Shown here: piece after piece, positions 1 through 9,959 of the stretch
Layout: every line of letters begins with the position of its first letter
Position numbering within the stretch: position 1 is the first letter of the stretch
Assembly: GCA_034780895.1 (NCBI GenBank)
Contig: JAUZTB010000017.1
Location: 18,629,968 to 18,693,967, forward strand
Direction: 5' to 3'
Length of the DNA stretch: 64,000 bases
Origin: Rhynchobatus australiae
Taxonomy: Eukaryota
Position numbers and translations under genes: made by a program
The notes under the pieces: generated by a model
Databases searched by the model: none
The model's input: only the letters and a program-made list of their open reading frames with translations
Told to the model about the DNA's origin: nothing

Positions 1-876
1 CTACTCTTACCAATACCGTTCAAATCAGAGCTCAAAGTTGAGGCCTGCTGTTGTATTTGGTTGTTTCTAAATACCTGTCCTTCATCTCAACAACAGTTGG
101 GAACCAGTTCATTGGATAGCAAACTAACCGTAGCAGCTTTTCTTCACTTTCTGTCAGTTGGTTCAACATGCTGTAGATTTCAATAATATCATAGTTTGCT
201 TTCTACAGACCTGGGCTGCGTTTCAGGGGTCATTAGTGAGCAGCCTGCTTTTGGTCAACATGAAGTAGCAGATACATCATAGGAAAATATTAGAATGTGC
301 AGGCACTTGGATACTGTCCAGTTGATTTTAAGCTTCAAGAAATTACAATGGCTCATTTAATTAAGTAAATGAGTAATTAAACCACATCAATCAGGAAAAT
401 CACAGCTTTTAATCTACCCACCCAGCAGAAACTGGGTAGACTGGCAGTTGGTTTCTTACCTGATTGAAATGTGACCCTTTGCTGCCATCCCCGATCTGAC
501 AGGTGAGGTTACAGAGGTAGGCAGTGACGCATCAAAAGCATGCAGGCAGTTTGGGAATTTATGTGCACAGGTGACCTCTGTGTTACAGTCATTCAGGTTA
601 CAGGAATTCCCCCTAACAGAATTCACAAATCACTGCCCAAAATAATGAGATATGGAATAAAATTTGCTTTCATGAAATTTATGTGAAAATAAAGTAAATA
701 AATCAACACAAAGTTATTCTTTTTCAGCTCTGGTTTCTTGACATATGCGTAGATGACGTGACTTTGTGTTAAGAAAAATTGTGATATGGACCATTTTCTA
801 GGAAATGCAACCCCCACCCCTCCCAATTTTGTGAGAATCACCTGCAAAGGGTTCCTATTACATCAGTAGGACCCCA

Positions 877-961
877 GTGATTTAAGGCAGAGGATTCATA
901 TGTTCTTGATCGATAAGGGGGTTAAAAGGTTATGGAGAGAAGGCAAGAGAATGAGATTGAA
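877..961 (+). mobile_element. CR1-like LINE 3' fragment running into a gap
   Basis: tttaaggcagag..ttcttgat..aaggggttaaaaggttatggagagaaggca, a typical CR1 3' region. Confidence 0.65.
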
Positions 962-1577
962 NNNNNNNNNNNNNNNNNNNNNNNNNNNNNNNNNNNNNNN
1001 NNNNNNNNNNNNNNNNNNNNNNNNNNNNNNNNNNNNNNNNNNNNNNNNNNNNNNNNNNNNNGTTTGCACGTAAAACATCAGTTGGTCCAACAGAATATTT
1101 TTCTAAATAGCACAGGATGGACAGATGCCTGATGTCAGTTAAGTATTTGTGCTCCTGAACATAACACTATCACAAGACCTATATATGTCTCATTTTTGGT
1201 GTTGGTACCAGTAATGAGATTACAAACCTTAGCTAACTGTGTCATGGAAAATGCTACTTGCTCATGAGTTGGTCCAAACATTAAAGTCATTCATTTACTC
1301 GTTCTGCATTTTGCTTCCTCTTATTGTATTGTTACTGGTAATGGTGCAATGTTCAGAGAGGAAGGCTGAGTGACATCATTTTCTTGTTACCTTCCAACCA
1401 CATCCACACAGATTCTGAGACCACTTTGCTTCAGTTTTAATGTCATCCCAGTGCCCAACATGTTAAAGTATTTCTGCAACATTTCAACCGGACTGCTATG
1501 TTCATGGATTATGAATTTCAGACACTCTCTATCCTTTTCCAGAAGTTCTATAAATTGTTTTATGCTGNNNNNNNNNN

Positions 1578-1660
1578 TCTCCCTCTCCCTCTCCCTCTCT
1601 CTCTCTCTCTTCCTCCTCTCCTTCTTTCCATCTCTCTTTCTCTCCCTCTCCCTCCCAACA
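1578..1660 (+). repeat. (CT)n-rich microsatellite
   Basis: Pyrimidine repeat beside a small gap. Confidence 0.9.
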
Positions 1661-1759
1661 GTTTTTCCCCGACTTCTACCACGTTAGCTATAACTTTTCC
1701 CAACTTACCCTCACTACAAAGATGTTGAAGGGAAGCCCATCCATTTGGTGAAAATTTCC

Positions 1760-2340
1760 AGTATTACAGGGGTGGAAGGGGAAGAGGGTTTTCCGCCCCC
1801 CTCTGACTTCTTCCCAGCTGTGAAGGTTCGAACCTTGGACTTGCACAAACCCTTTCACAAAAGGATGGGAAATTCCTGGCGAGGGAGAAGTAAGCCAGCG
1901 TGTCCACAGGCACAGCAGAGCCTTGTCTCTTTGGCAGTGTACGGTACATTTTGTGCACCAACCCAGGCATGTTTTGCCCATGTAACATGCAGCCAAACAC
2001 TAGATGGGAAGGTGGTGAGGGGTGGAGACAACTACTCTTGGACAACCCATGAGCCTTACTGGGTGTCCCTCTGATCAGCTGAGCAATACCCACAACCGTT
2101 CCAACCAATGGCACATTTCTCTGCAGCCAAGAAGTCCCCATGAACCAGCTGCTGTTGGATTGTGTCTCTGCCAGTGTTGAAGCTATCAACTGATTGACAG
2201 GCACTGCATTCAGACTCCAGTGTAACTGATCTGCAACTCCCCTCCTGAAACACCAGGGTGCCTCTTGGAGCTCAGCACCATGAGCACTCAGTGTGGCCCT
2301 TGACTGTCGGCTCAGACACCGTTATCACCCCCTTCTTTAT
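1760..2340 (-). mobile_element. Possible decayed Tx1/L1-type ORF1 relic
   Basis: GC-richer block with frameshifted Cys-rich knuckle-like pieces (AIGWNGCGYCSADQ; CLGWCTKC; CCACGHAG). Confidence 0.3.
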
Positions 2341-2484
2341 TAATGACCCTGTCTCCAGGTATTTGAAATGGGGTCAAGCAACAAACTAATGTTGCAATAT
2401 TGGTCCAGAACACCTGGGCAGATTTAACCCAGTTCTGTTGGGGTTGTAGTCTGCATCACAAACTGCCCGTCATTCAACAGTACG

Positions 2485-3152
2485 TAAGAACATAGGAAAT
2501 AGGAGCAGGAGGAGGCCATCTGGCCCATCGAGCCTGCTCCACCATTCAATGAGATCAGGGCTGATCTGACTGGACTCAGCTTCACCTACCCGCCTTTTCC
2601 CCATAACCTTTAATTCCCCTACTTAGTTGTATCTTAAATATATTTAGTGAGGTAGCCTCTACTGCTTCCCTGGGCAGACAATTCCACAGATTCACTGCTT
2701 TCCGAGAAAAGCAGTTTCTCCTCATCTCCGTCCTAAATCTATTCCCCCCAATNNNNNNNNNNGCTGATCTGACTGTGGACTCAGCTCCACCTACCCGCCA
2801 TTTCCCCAGAACCCTTAATTCCCCGACTCTGCAAAAATCTATCTCACTGTCTTAAATGTATTTAACGAGGTCGCCTCTACTGCTTCCCTGGGCAGAGGAA
2901 TCCACAGATTCACTACTCTCTGGAAAAGCAGTTCCTCCTCATCTCTGTCCTAGATCTACTCCCCCGAACCTTGACACTATGTCCCCTGGTTCTAGTCTCA
3001 CCTACCAGTGGAAACAATGTTCCTGCTTCTATCTTATTAATCCCTTTCATAATTTTATATGTTTCCATAAGATCCCCTCTCATTCATCTGAATTCCAGCA
3101 AGTATAGTCCCAGGTGACTCAATCTCTCCACGCAGGCTAACCCCCTCATCTC
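2485..3152 (-). mobile_element. CR1-like LINE 3' ends (two related copies either side of a 10-N gap)
   Basis: aagaacataggaaataggagcagg..ggccatctggcccatcgagcctgctcc tail plus RT C-terminal remnant. Confidence 0.85.
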
Positions 3153-3701
3153 TAGTACTGAGTTACTGAAGAATAATCTCTCACTGTTCCACACAGCTAT
3201 TTAACTCTCCCTCCGTTACCTATCCTGCCCCTGTCCTGCTCCGTCCACCACCTCTTCCCAACTGCCTTACTGGCTTTACTGCTCACCCTCCAACATCTGG
3301 ACCTTGGGGCAAACAGGATCAGCTTTAACTATGTTGTACTCCACAGTCAAACACCCCACTGGCTCCCTTCATCATCAGTGTAACTGGTGCTGAATTGTGA
3401 ATCTCACTCAGGCAGCTTGCTTGGAGATCTGCAAGAATAATCCAATTGCAAAGTTTGGTGCCTTGTTAACAATGGGTTTAAAGAATGTTTTGTGAAGAGG
3501 TCACTCTTGTCCTTCTCACATCTGCTATTCCTGAGCATGAATTGAATGCAATAATTGAAAAATAGTTTGTGTCCAGTGTCAATCCTCAAATCGATAAAGC
3601 AATTATTCCCGAACATTCTCAACGAGGGACTTGGTGAATTATATTTGTTAAATACTGATTTGATTTGATGATGAATGCATGTCCTTTTCTTCTATTGACA
3701 G

Positions 3702-3810
3702 GCATCCCTGCTGTGGTGGTGTCTTTGTGTATTGCAGTGAACAAGAACAATTATGGCCAGTATCCTGTCAAAACACAGGAGAATGACAGCACAGGTTCAA
3801 TGGGTTCAAT
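3702..3810 (+). pseudogene. Isolated exon resembling adhesion GPCR (ADGRG/GPR56-like) TM4-ECL2
   Basis: Pyrimidine tract + cag|GC-IPAVVVSLCIAVNKNNYGQYPVKTQENDSTGSMGS-AT|gtaggt; phase 1 to phase 2, no stop; no partner exons found in the window. Confidence 0.65.
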
Positions 3811-4199
3811 GTAGGTCTTGTTAACCATGCCAAGAGCAATAATGTTGGTACTTGACTTTCTTCCACTGTTTAGTCCTGTGACTAGAATTTTAGCTGAACT
3901 TGATGTCCAGAGAGTCACGCAGGCAAGGACGCCCTGTCAGCTGACATCGGGCAGTCCATGGTGACCACATTACCACCCTGATGGTGAGAGGGAAATCTGC
4001 CAGGGACTTGGAGAAACAGGATCAGGTTTAACTATGTTGTCGCAACCGTCAAACATCCCACTGGCATTCCAGCCACCAGAGACACATGGGAGGGTGAGCA
4101 GTAAGCCAGTAAAGCATTTGGGAAGAGGTGGTGGAGGGAGCAGGACTGGAGGGTCAACTGAAGAGTTCTGAGGAACAGTAGGAGATTATTCATTAGTAA

Positions 4200-4396
4200 C
4201 TCAGTATCGAGTATAGGAGTTGGGATGTTATGGTTAGGTTGTATAAGACATTGGTGAGGCCAAATTTGGAGTGTTGTGTGCAGTTCTGGTCACCTAACTA
4301 CAGGAAGGATATCAGTAGGATTGAAAGAGTGCAGGAGATTTACTACAATGTTGCTGGGTCTGCAGGAGCTTAGTTACAGGGAAAGATTTAATAGGT
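4200..4396 (+). mobile_element. CR1-like LINE RT C-terminal fragment
   Basis: Encodes LYKTLVRPNLECCVQFWSPNYRKDI. Confidence 0.85.
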
Positions 4397-4400
4397 TTGT

Positions 4401-4640
4401 AGGGGTGGCACGGTAGCGTAGCAGCTAGCACAACACTATCACAGCACCAGCGATCAGGGTTCGATTCCCGTTGCTGTCTGTAAGGACGTTCTCCCATGTC
4501 TGCGTGTGTTTCCACTGGGTGGTCTGGTTTCCTCCCACATTCTAAATACATACGGGTAGGTTAATTTGGGGTTTAAAATGGGCGGCGCGGACTCGTTGGG
4601 CCAGAAGGGCCTGTTACCAAGCCGTAAATAAAATTTAAAA
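4401..4640 (+). mobile_element. tRNA-derived V-SINE (HE1-like)
   Basis: Pol III A-box-like tggcacggtag, B box ggttcgattccc, V-domain ggtttcctcccaca, CR1-type 3' end gggccagaagggcctgtt. Confidence 0.85.
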
Positions 4641-6350
4641 TGCAAAAGTTGAGAGAGTTCTCAACCTCCCCCTCCCAACCTGAGCCCACTTCCCGATCAT
4701 TTCTGATTAACATCAATCTCCAGATCCTTGAAGTAGCTGATCCCCAATTGGAATCCAATTCCAGAAGAGCCAGTCCAATACATTCACTCTTGCTGTTCAG
4801 TGAGCTGCACCATGTGTGGCTAGGATTTGAAACATATACAGGAAAGAGTGGTAGATAATTGGAGAAAAAAATTTGGGGGCATGGAAAAAGGGTTAGAGGG
4901 AATGGGAGTAACTAGATTGCTCTTCGAAAGACTTGATGCAAATTCAATGGGGTGAATGGCCTCTTTTGGCCCTTTATCATTCTAAGGAGGGGATTAGTCT
5001 TGGCTGTCTTTGATTCAAAGTTAAAATTCAGGCACAATTCAAGATGGTAGATATTTTATGGTTTGAACACAATTAACAAAAGTGATATAATTTTGTGAGA
5101 TGCCACAGGTCCCACTCCTCTTATGTCGTCCTTTGGTACTGCAGAGCGTGAATGCTGATTAGGAATTTTTCCAAAGTGAAAGAAGTAATAAGAAAGCTTG
5201 AAGGAACATTTCATCTAGTCCATTCAATGAGTGTTCTAAAGGAAAACTGACTAACAAGAGGTGCTTTTACTATTTATCCAACTTAATTATTTTTTCCTCT
5301 CTTCCCATAATAGTTGAAATGTTGTTTCGAGATTGGGATTCCTATGCTCAAAACTATCTTAATTAAAATGCTCATGCTGACTTTCAAATTCTTACACAGC
5401 CTTGCATTCCACTAGTTTTTATCTTCCTTTAATTTTAGTCATATATCCAGGCTTGCATCCTTCAGTGTCCTAACTTGGGCAGTTCTTGACATCTTGGTAC
5501 AGAAAACAACCCTTGCCATAGCTGTTTATAACTAGCCAGTTAATAGATCAAAAATGATTTGTGATAGAGAAATCTGAAAAACAATATAAGAAAAAGTGCC
5601 TGTAAATGAGAGGCGAAAGATCATTCAGACTAATTCCAGGTGAAATCATAGATCAGTATGGTCTTGATTCAATAGTCAGTTCATTGCACACTTATCCCTA
5701 CGAGTCTCTTATGTGGTGTTATTATGTGCATTTGTGCTAAAGGCCTTGTATTTTATGTGAAAGCATGTCAAAATGTTTTATGGCAAAGAAAACACTAACT
5801 TTTCTTTTAGGTACTCAGTATGTGTTCGCGTGCCACAAGTCTGTGTGTGTCTGTGTGGGGTAGGGGGTGGGGGAGTTGCTATCCCAATAAACTCAGTGAA
5901 TGTCCACAATGTAGATAGGAAACCTTGAGTACCAGGAGCCAAAACTAGGACAATACCTTCTTTCAGGAAAGAAATTATTTAGCCACCATTTAAGATTTTG
6001 ATGAAATCTATCAAAGACCAGAAGAATCCTTCCTTTGTAACATATTCTACAGATGTGTAGTTTTGAAATGTATGGTTTATGTCTAATACCTTCAGATACA
6101 AATACCTCACACCCAAATAGCACAACTTTTAAGTTCATTTCTGACTTTATGAGTGACCTGGGAAACATTACTGACGATAGAATAAACTAGCTTGAGTTAC
6201 ATTGATTTACATTCAGAAGTGAAAATGTTAATTGTTTTAATCCTGATTTTGTGAGGCCAGTTCTGCAACCCCAATGTTGCAGTAAAGGTCAGCACTTTTG
6301 CACTACTGATGAGGGATCCATAGTGCTACATTTTCCAAGATTATTTGATT

Positions 6351-6630
6351 ATAAGACAAGATATCTTTATCAGTCACACGTACATCGAAACACACAGTGA
6401 AATGCATCTTTGCATAGAATGTTCTGGAGGCAGCCTGCAAGTGTCGCCACACTTCCCATGCCAGCATAGCATGTCCACAACTTCCTAACCCGTATGTCTT
6501 TGGATTGTGGGAGGAAACCAGAGCACCTGGAGGAAACCCATGCAGATAAACTCCTTACAGATAGCAGACGGAATTGAACCCAGGTCACTGGCGCTGTAAT
6601 AGCATTATGCTAACCGCTACCCTACCATGC
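6351..6630 (-). mobile_element. tRNA-derived V-SINE
   Basis: Reverse strand has B box gggttcaattcc and V-domain (plus strand tgtgggaggaaaccagagcacctggaggaaaccc). Confidence 0.85.
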
Positions 6631-7534
6631 CTACACCATATGCTCCCTGCATATTTTAAACATATACAGGGAGTGACAGAACCACAAGTAGGTGACAACA
6701 GTGAGTGCAGCAGTTCAAAAAGATTATTGCTCTTAAAGAACTATGAATTCTTTTGTTTACAGTGATCTGTTGTGCCTGACTAGCTTAAAGATGATGGAGC
6801 CATGGGTCAAATATGAGAACTGCCCCACATGATGAAGAGACTTCAGATATGTTACTTGATGTTGTGTGATGGAGGAGGTTTATTACAATGGGAAAGCTTC
6901 CTCTCAATCCTTAAGTACACAGCCAGTGCACTCTCCCACAGCTATTGGTCAAGTGAGTAACTCTGTGGTACTTAGAAGATTGCCAAAGTAGTTGATGANN
7001 NNATAGTTTGCCAACTTAAATGAGTAAGCCTGGAGTGTATATTCACTGCACATTGGGTCAATACAGTGGTCCAATACAACTTGGAAAGCGCTGGTTCAGT
7101 TCCTCACATTCTCACTCCACTCTATGCCTGCAGAACAGCAACTTGGGTCACAGTGGAAGGGAAAATCTTTCAATGGCTCACAATTGTTTTATGCTTTGGC
7201 AGCAGTTCCACACGGCACCTTGAAGGCTTCAAAAAGGAAATACAGGCTATGTATCATATGAACCCTTGTGTTATATTGATCCTCTTAAAGGATTAGTTTG
7301 TCCAAGAGAAAGGCCTATGGCAATCAAAAGAGAAGCCTCACTGGGGGCAACCAAGACAACACCTAAACAGATACTTACGAAGAAGGCTGCCTAACTAACC
7401 CTGGGGTGGAGGTACGGTTGGAGAGGATTGCCATGGTGTATAAAAAGGCAGAATAGTGGATTCATATTATCTCATTCAAGTGTTTGCTTCAACACCTGGT
7501 TTTTGACTAGTTGCTGGTTTTGCCCAAATTGCTT

Positions 7535-7890
7535 AGATGAAACATTAAATCATAGTCTTCTAGTCTGTCCTCTCAGGACATAAAATAGACAATGGCTCTA
7601 TTGTTATGTACTTTGACACCAGTTCCATAAAGATCCCTGAGGAAGGGTGGAAGAAATCTTGAGTTGGACAGAATACCCACTTTTTGTGGAAAGAAAAAAT
7701 AATCCTGTGCACTTGAGGAAGAATTGGGGCAAGACAGGAAGGGAAGATAGAAACTGAGGTATTTACACCATCAAAGCAGGAAATCTTGTCAATAATCCCA
7801 TTGGCATTCAGAGGACATCAGTTGTGCAAAATGGCTGCAATACAAATGTGACTACCTTTCAAAGATTACTTAAGTGACTTCGAAGTGCTT
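7535..7890 (+). mobile_element. Ancient DeuSINE (AmnSINE/SacSINE-like) remnant
   Basis: gatgaaacattaaat..gtctgtcctctcaggacataaaa..atggctctatt and tgtgcaaaatggctgc..gtgactac..aagtgcttt resemble the Deu domain. Confidence 0.55.
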
Positions 7891-9959
7891 TTATTGTCAT
7901 GAACATACAAATACAATTGTTTAATAGCTCCTTACATTCTCTCATTCAGACAGGTTACAAAAGTTATCAAACAGCAGCATTGCGTCAAGTTGCTACATCA
8001 TGGAGCATCTTTACTGACATGACCCATGCTCAATAGTTATTCCTCTCTCTTTGTGTTGAGGCCACCTGAGCTGATATTTCCCCAGCAGAGGAAGCTGACA
8101 ACAGTATAGCAAGTACTAGCTCACATATATCCACCTCAGGGAATCTGAAAAATTAGGTCAGATGTTTCAGAGTGGGCAACCCACTGTAAGTCAATGTTAG
8201 TTGATACCAAATGGTCATTTGGAGTCATTCAGACCAACTACGATAGTGGTGCTATCTCATGCTACCATGTTGTAACTATATACTTAAGTCATAAGGGCAT
8301 GAATTCAGAATAGTATTTGCCCATATCATTTACTGCACACTGTCTCTTGGAGGGACCTCCTGAGGGATGAAAGATAATTTTGTCTGACAGGTACTCCAGT
8401 TCAGCAATGTGCTGGGAAGTCCAAATTGTTCTGGGAGGGCCCAATGNNNNNNNNNNNNNNNAAAGTACCCTATACTGCTTTCTACCCAAGAACTGCCAAA
8501 GTAAAAAAAAACACTTTAGGGACATGAAAAGGATTTGCATCCAAAAGTGCCCTTTCAAAAATTGGAAGTAATGCTTAATGACCCAGACCATTCATTATCT
8601 TGTTTTACTCAGGGGGAAAGGAATTTTCACTCACATAACACCTTATGTTATGCAAAATGTTATGCTCTTTAATTTCTGGGCAGACACTTTTACATAATTT
8701 AACACTGCAGGACAATTCTATCAGTAAAGGACATTTACATGGTTATGACTTACTTTTCAGCAGCAATACATGTCTAATCATAATATTCTCATTCACCTGA
8801 ATAAATGATGAAGTATGACTGCATTTTACATTCCTACACTGTGCAGATGCAAAGACCATCATTGGGGAATGTAAATAAAACCTTAGAATACAAATGTGAG
8901 ACTTCAAATTGTCTTATGATGATGAAAGATCTTTCTTGTGCAGTGTTTGATTCATCCATGTACTTAGGCAGAAATCTAAATTCCCAAATCAATGTCTTGA
9001 AGTAATCACAGCCCCACACAGATGAGTTAAAATGTTGAATTCCTAAACTCACCCAAGTTTGTTGTAGAGTGTGTGCACCTTTCTCCATATAATAATGGTT
9101 TTGGTCACTCAGCATATAAATATTGTATCTTTACTGGTATCAATGATCACTTTTTGCAGAACTTCAGCAGGACTATTAATGATGGCTCTTCAGTGGTCAA
9201 CAAGTTTCTTCTGTTTGATACCACAGAACAAACTTGTGGAATCAAGATCATGGAAACAAGCCCTTCACTCCACCATATAAGTGTCAATAATTCTAGTTTA
9301 TTACCCATTGATTAATAGAAAGCCATAGATCTCAAAGTGACAGACAAAATTAGGAATTCTTTGCTGTTGGATAACTGATCCAATTAAAGAATGGCTCAAC
9401 TGTAGTTTGTTCAATATCCTGACACCATATACGATTGATAACTTTGTTAAGCTAAGAATTTTTATTCATTTCAGCATCTATTATTGGTCTGTGTATTAAA
9501 TGTAATACTTCAGGCATTATGGATATCTATACACATGCTGGATTATGTAATGGGCCTGTTGAACAACAAACCTATGCATAGGTATAATTACAGCATGTGC
9601 AGTTGAAATTCTTGAATGCAACTATATGCAAGTAGTGATATCATAAAGGTGCTACAAAATAAAGTGTTTATAATCTTTTAGCTGTGCTGATTTTTGTCTT
9701 ATGTCACTGCACTGACTTCTAATATACAATCATCTCTGAACGTTTTGATGTGTCTGTTACCACTACTAGTGTTAAACACATGGTAAATATACAAGAAGAT
9801 ACCTGGAGAGTGGGCTTGCATGTTCCTGTGTTTGAACAAAGTTTGCTTTGAGTTCAACAACACTAATCTGTCAGAGTACAAAAAAATGAGGTTAACACCT
9901 ATATTCAAACAAAGGTGTTATTTATATTCCTAAGTAATTACCCATTTCAAAACACAACA

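Noticed and set aside
2559-2965. Apparent local duplication across a 10-N gap
   Set aside because: Two diverged CR1 3' copies or a scaffolding join inside a repeat; not informative
4401-4475. tRNA-like A/B boxes (also about 6560-6630)
   Set aside because: They continue into a V-domain and LINE-like tail, so they are SINE heads, not tRNA genes
8405-8446. ATG TGC TGG (MCWEV) as the next adhesion-GPCR exon
   Set aside because: No acceptor AG at the required position and no TM5-like hydrophobic stretch follows
9040-9315. Overlapping 69-93 aa ORFs and a minus-strand GTGAGT donor
   Set aside because: No recognisable protein motif and stop codons in the candidate exon frames
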